Positions 35,478 through 38,940 of a stretch of DNA of 38,940 nucleotides are shown here, one piece after another (the stretch's first letter is position 1; each line of letters opens with the position of its first letter). The notes beneath the pieces are model-generated. The model was not told the DNA's origin. It ran no database searches and saw only the letters and a list, made by a program, of their open reading frames with translations. This DNA is from Anaerolineae bacterium (GTDB lineage: Bacteria > Chloroflexota > Anaerolineae > B4-G1 > DUEL01). Both the position numbers and the translations under genes were made by a program. Where the stretch lies: assembly GCA_041082215.1 (NCBI GenBank), contig JBDOIF010000056.1:1-38940 (forward strand), written 5' to 3'.

Positions 35478-36548
35478 ATGAAGCTTCTGAACTTCCTCTC
35501 CTGGCGTCACTGGGGCCTGCTGCGCTACAATTCTATCTTCCAGAATGTCGCCCTCTTCTTTTACGTGGCGCTGGCCCGACGCTGGTTCGGCCTGGACTTT
35601 CTGCGGGACGTGGGCCTCTTTCTGCTCCTCAGCCTGGCAGGGACCGCTTACGGCTACCTGGTCAACGACTGGGCGGACCTGGACCTGGACCGGCGGGCGG
35701 GGAAGCGCAATGTCTTTTCCGGAATGGGTCGGGCGAAAGGGGTGTCGGTGCTGGCCGTGGTACTGGCGCTGGTGGTGGCGCTGGGGCTGCCTTTTGTCCA
35801 CAGGCCCGGCTTCCTGCCCCTCTGGGGGGCCTGGTGGCTGCTGGCGACCTTCTACTCCCTGCCGCCGGTGCGGCTGAAGGAGCGGGGCGGGCTGGGGCTG
35901 GCGGCCACGATCCTCGCCCAGCAGCCGCTGCCGGCAGCGATGGCCTTTGCCGCCCTGGGCCATCTTTTCACCCTGGGAGCGCTGGCTTTCATCACCTACA
36001 TCGCCCTGCGGGGCATCTGCTCCGACGTGGGCCACCAGATGCGGGATCGGGAGAAGGATGCAGTGGCTGGGGCACGGACCTTCGCCGTTCGCCACGGCCA
36101 TCGGGCTATCGCCCGCATCTACGGCATCAGCCTGGAGCTGGAAACGCTGCTTCTGGGGGCCGTCCTGGCGGTGCTGCTGGCCGACCTGCCCCTGGTCCCT
36201 ATCGGGAAATGGTCCATCTCCCCGGTCTGGCCGCTGGTGGTCGGATACCTGGCGCTCCTCCCCTTTACCCTGGGCCGCGCCTGGCTGCGGCTGGAGCGGG
36301 GCGAGTGGGTGGACCCCTACGATGAATCGCCGGAGGGTCCGCCGCGCGACCTCCTGCACCTGATCCACCACCCTTTCCCCACGGTCCTGCTTCCCCTCTA
36401 CCTGGGGGTCTGGCTGACCCTCTGCTACTGGCCCAACTTCGTCTTCGTGGTCGGGCTGGCCCTGCCGTACGGCCTGTACGACCCCCGGCGCTGGGCGGGG
36501 ACGTGGCCGGTGCGGGCGCTGCGGTCGGTTGTGAAACGAGGCCTATGA
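35478..36548 (+). CDS. UbiA-family prenyltransferase
   Basis: First Asp-rich motif NDWADLDLDRRAGK, YSLPPVRLKER, second motif HQMRDREKD..G.RT; multiple TMs. Confidence 0.85.
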   Translation: MKLLNFLSWRHWGLLRYNSIFQNVALFFYVALARRWFGLDFLRDVGLFLLLSLAGTAYGYLVNDWADLDLDRRAGKRNVFSGMGRAKGVSVLAVVLALVVALGLPFVHRPGFLPLWGAWWLLATFYSLPPVRLKERGGLGLAATILAQQPLPAAMAFAALGHLFTLGALAFITYIALRGICSDVGHQMRDREKDAVAGARTFAVRHGHRAIARIYGISLELETLLLGAVLAVLLADLPLVPIGKWSISPVWPLVVGYLALLPFTLGRAWLRLERGEWVDPYDESPEGPPRDLLHLIHHPFPTVLLPLYLGVWLTLCYWPNFVFVVGLALPYGLYDPRRWAGTWPVRALRSVVKRGL

Positions 36549-36559
36549 GGCAGGAAAGG

Positions 36560-38940
36560 ATGACAGGCGGTTTCATCTTACCTCTGGATCGGAGCGAACA
36601 GGCCCACCGCCTCGGGGCAGGAGGTAAAGGGTATGCCCTGGCCCGGCTCTCTCAGGCTGGCTTCCCCGTGCCCCCTGGCTTCATCGTCACTGCCGATGCC
36701 TACCGGGCCTTCGTCGCCGCCAACGGCCTGGAGCGGAACCTGACCGAAGCGCTCACCGGGGAAGACCCAATGGCTGCCGCCCGCGCCCAGGCGGCCTTCT
36801 GGGAAGGGGAGATGCCGCCGGAGATCGCGCAAGCTATCGGCAGGGCCTACCGGGCGATGGGAACCGGCCCGGTAGCGGTCCGCTCCTCCGCAGTGGCCGA
36901 GGATGGGAGCGTCGCCTCTTTCGCCGGGCAGCACGAGACGGTCCTGGGCGTGGTCGGTGAGGGGCCGCTTCTGGCAGCGGTGCGGCGGTGCTGGGCCTCC
37001 CTGTGGAATGAGCAGGCCCTGGCCTACCGCCACTCCCGGGGGATAGAAACGGAGCCGGCGATGGCGGTGGTGGTGCAGCGGATGGTGGACGCCGCCCAGG
37101 CCGGGGTGGCCTTCACCCTCGACCCCGCGAGTGGACGTCGGGACGTGGTTGTTGTCGAGGCGGTGGCGGGGAGCGGAGAGCGGCTGGTGGGAGGCCAGGC
37201 CGCACCGCGCCGCTACGTCGTCCGACGGGAGAAGGATTGCCGCGCCCTGGGAGATGGCCTGCTGGATGGCGTCCGGCTGGCAGCCATCGTCCGCCTGGCC
37301 CGCCGGGTGGAGGCGTGGGCGGGGAAGCCCCAGGACGTGGAGTGGGCGGTGGACCATGCCGGCCGTGTATACCTGCTCCAGGCCCGGCCGGTCACCGCCG
37401 TCGGGGGGACTCCGCAGGCCGCCACCCGCTGGACCCGCGATAATGTGGGGGAGGTCGCACCCGACCCCATCACCCCTCTGAGCTGGTCGATGCTGGAGCC
37501 GATGACCAACGGGGCCTTCCGGGGAGTCCTCCGCCGCCTGGGGATGGGCCAGCTCTCCACCACTTTCTTCAGCCGCTTCTACGGACGGGTCTATCTCAAC
37601 GGGACCCTCTTCCAGAGGGTGATGGGTCGCTTCTACATTTCACAGGCTGGCTGGCGAGATCTGCCTCACCTGGCGCTGACGGGTCTGAGGGCGCTGTGGC
37701 TTTTGTGCCGTCTGCCTGCGGAGGGCGAGAGGGCCATCGCCGCGGTCCTGGAGCGTCGCCTCGACGAAGGCCCATCACTGGCCATCAGCCAATTGGACAA
37801 CTGGCGCCGTCTGGGCGCCGAAGTGATGGAGGTCCACCTGGCGGTGACGGTGATGGCCGAGTTGCTCTACCAGGCCCTGGACAAGCTGCTGGCCCGTTGG
37901 AGTGATGGGACAGCCACCGCTGCCGCTCTGACGGCGGGGCTGACGGGGGTCCGGAGCGCCGAGGTGGGGCAGGCGCTGGCGGCCCTGGCGCGGGAGATCC
38001 GCAAGGACAGGGCGCTACAGGAGCAGTTCCTGAGGGCGGACCCCCAGGCCCTTCCGGTCCGGCTGGCAGGGACGGAAGCGGGGCGGGCGGTCTGGTCGCA
38101 GGTCGAGTCGTTCCTGGCCCGGCACGGCCATTGTGCAGCGCAGGAGTTCGAACTGGCCGTTCCCCGCTGGCGGGATGACCCCACGCCGGTCCTGAAGGCA
38201 CTGCAGATGCAGGTGCGGGCGATGGAGGAGACGCCCACTGCCGATCCGGCGGCAGCACGCATCGCTGCCACGGCGCGAGTGGAGCGGGGTATGAACCCGC
38301 CCCTGCGCTGGCTCTTCCGCTTTCTATTGCGTCGGGCGCAGGGCTTCACCATCGCCCGCGAGAACCTGAAGTATCACTTTGTCCTGGCCTATAGCCGGCT
38401 GCGGGACTTCTACCTGGAGCTGGCGGCGGAGCTGGTTGCCGCAGGGCGGCTGGAGGAGCAGAAAGACGTTTTCTTCCTGACGGCCGATGAGGTGAGGGAA
38501 CTGGTCGGTGGAGGGCTGACGCCGGGGGAAGCCCGACAGCGAATAGCCCGGCGGCGGCGGGCGTGGGAGGGGCAGCGGCGGGTCGAGCCACCGGCGGTGC
38601 TCGACTCGCTGGGCGACGGCCGCCTGCGGCCTGTCCTGCTCCCCGTCGGGCCGGAGGGCGGAAACGGGCTGTACCTTCGTGGCCTGGCCGCCAGTCCCGG
38701 CACATATACCGGCCGGGCGCGGGTGGTCCGTTCGCTGGGCGAGGGGGCCGACCTCAAGCCTGGAGAGGTCCTGGTGGCACTGGCCACCAGCCCCGGGTGG
38801 GCTCCCCTGCTGGTGGCCGCCGGGGCGCTGGTCACCGAGATCGGCGGCACGCTCTCCCACGGGGCGATCATCGCCCGGGAGTACGGCCTGCCCGCCGTCC
38901 TCAACGTCCCCGATGCAACCCGCCGCATCCGCACCGGCCA
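36560..38940 (+). CDS. PEP-utilising phosphotransferase (ATP-grasp + substrate domain + phospho-His domain; rifampin phosphotransferase-like architecture); runs off the right edge
   Basis: Manual translation: GGKGYALARL..GFPVPPGF, VAVRSSAVAED..SFAGQHET, MAVVVQRMV, PQDVEWA, LLQARPVT, WTRDNVGEV, and GGTLSHGAIIAREYGLPAV in the same frame. Alternative start at 36545. Confidence 0.9.
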   Translation, partial: MTGGFILPLDRSEQAHRLGAGGKGYALARLSQAGFPVPPGFIVTADAYRAFVAANGLERNLTEALTGEDPMAAARAQAAFWEGEMPPEIAQAIGRAYRAMGTGPVAVRSSAVAEDGSVASFAGQHETVLGVVGEGPLLAAVRRCWASLWNEQALAYRHSRGIETEPAMAVVVQRMVDAAQAGVAFTLDPASGRRDVVVVEAVAGSGERLVGGQAAPRRYVVRREKDCRALGDGLLDGVRLAAIVRLARRVEAWAGKPQDVEWAVDHAGRVYLLQARPVTAVGGTPQAATRWTRDNVGEVAPDPITPLSWSMLEPMTNGAFRGVLRRLGMGQLSTTFFSRFYGRVYLNGTLFQRVMGRFYISQAGWRDLPHLALTGLRALWLLCRLPAEGERAIAAVLERRLDEGPSLAISQLDNWRRLGAEVMEVHLAVTVMAELLYQALDKLLARWSDGTATAAALTAGLTGVRSAEVGQALAALAREIRKDRALQEQFLRADPQALPVRLAGTEAGRAVWSQVESFLARHGHCAAQEFELAVPRWRDDPTPVLKALQMQVRAMEETPTADPAAARIAATARVERGMNPPLRWLFRFLLRRAQGFTIARENLKYHFVLAYSRLRDFYLELAAELVAAGRLEEQKDVFFLTADEVRELVGGGLTPGEARQRIARRRRAWEGQRRVEPPAVLDSLGDGRLRPVLLPVGPEGGNGLYLRGLAASPGTYTGRARVVRSLGEGADLKPGEVLVALATSPGWAPLLVAAGALVTEIGGTLSHGAIIAREYGLPAVLNVPDATRRIRTG

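Noticed and set aside
36560..38940. ppsA (PEP synthase) or a true rifampin resistance gene
   Set aside because: The His domain follows a large inserted domain, unlike PpsA. No rifamycin-associated regulatory element was recognised and the gene is inside a biosynthetic operon.

Overview
GC-rich bacterial chromosomal window. Gene content and repeat types suggest Chloroflexota/Anaerolineae (inference). The left part (1-21.6 kb) is mostly housekeeping and metabolic: FBP aldolase/phosphatase (partial), a PLP aminotransferase, a nucleosidase-like conserved protein, a GT2 + PlsY-like pair, a fused FAD/2Fe-2S xanthine-dehydrogenase-family subunit, a long minus-strand run hisS-nadK-[m4C MTase + frameshifted XcyI-type REase]-Zn-finger protein-recN-ptcA-aguA-sbcC, then ssnA and a CBS-ACT protein. 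The right part (21.6-38.9 kb) is a divergently transcribed surface-glycan locus. One side has ACP, an AMP ligase and AsnB. The other side has a HddA-like kinase, GmhB, a methyltransferase-like protein, a radical SAM enzyme, an epimerase, a Zn-ribbon-GT2 fusion, an HprK-like kinase, a divergent RtcB, a Wzx flippase, a UbiA prenyltransferase and a PEP-utilising phosphotransferase (partial). The best candidate for an undescribed system is the RtcB-fold guanylyltransferase inside the glycan operon: it keeps the His nucleophile but has altered RNA-binding motifs, and no HddC is visible in the window. Short palindromic/periodic repeats also appear to have inserted in frame into recN and nadK and to supply several gene ends. 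No tRNA, rRNA, CRISPR array or transposase was recognised. All calls come from reading motifs by eye; no database search was run.
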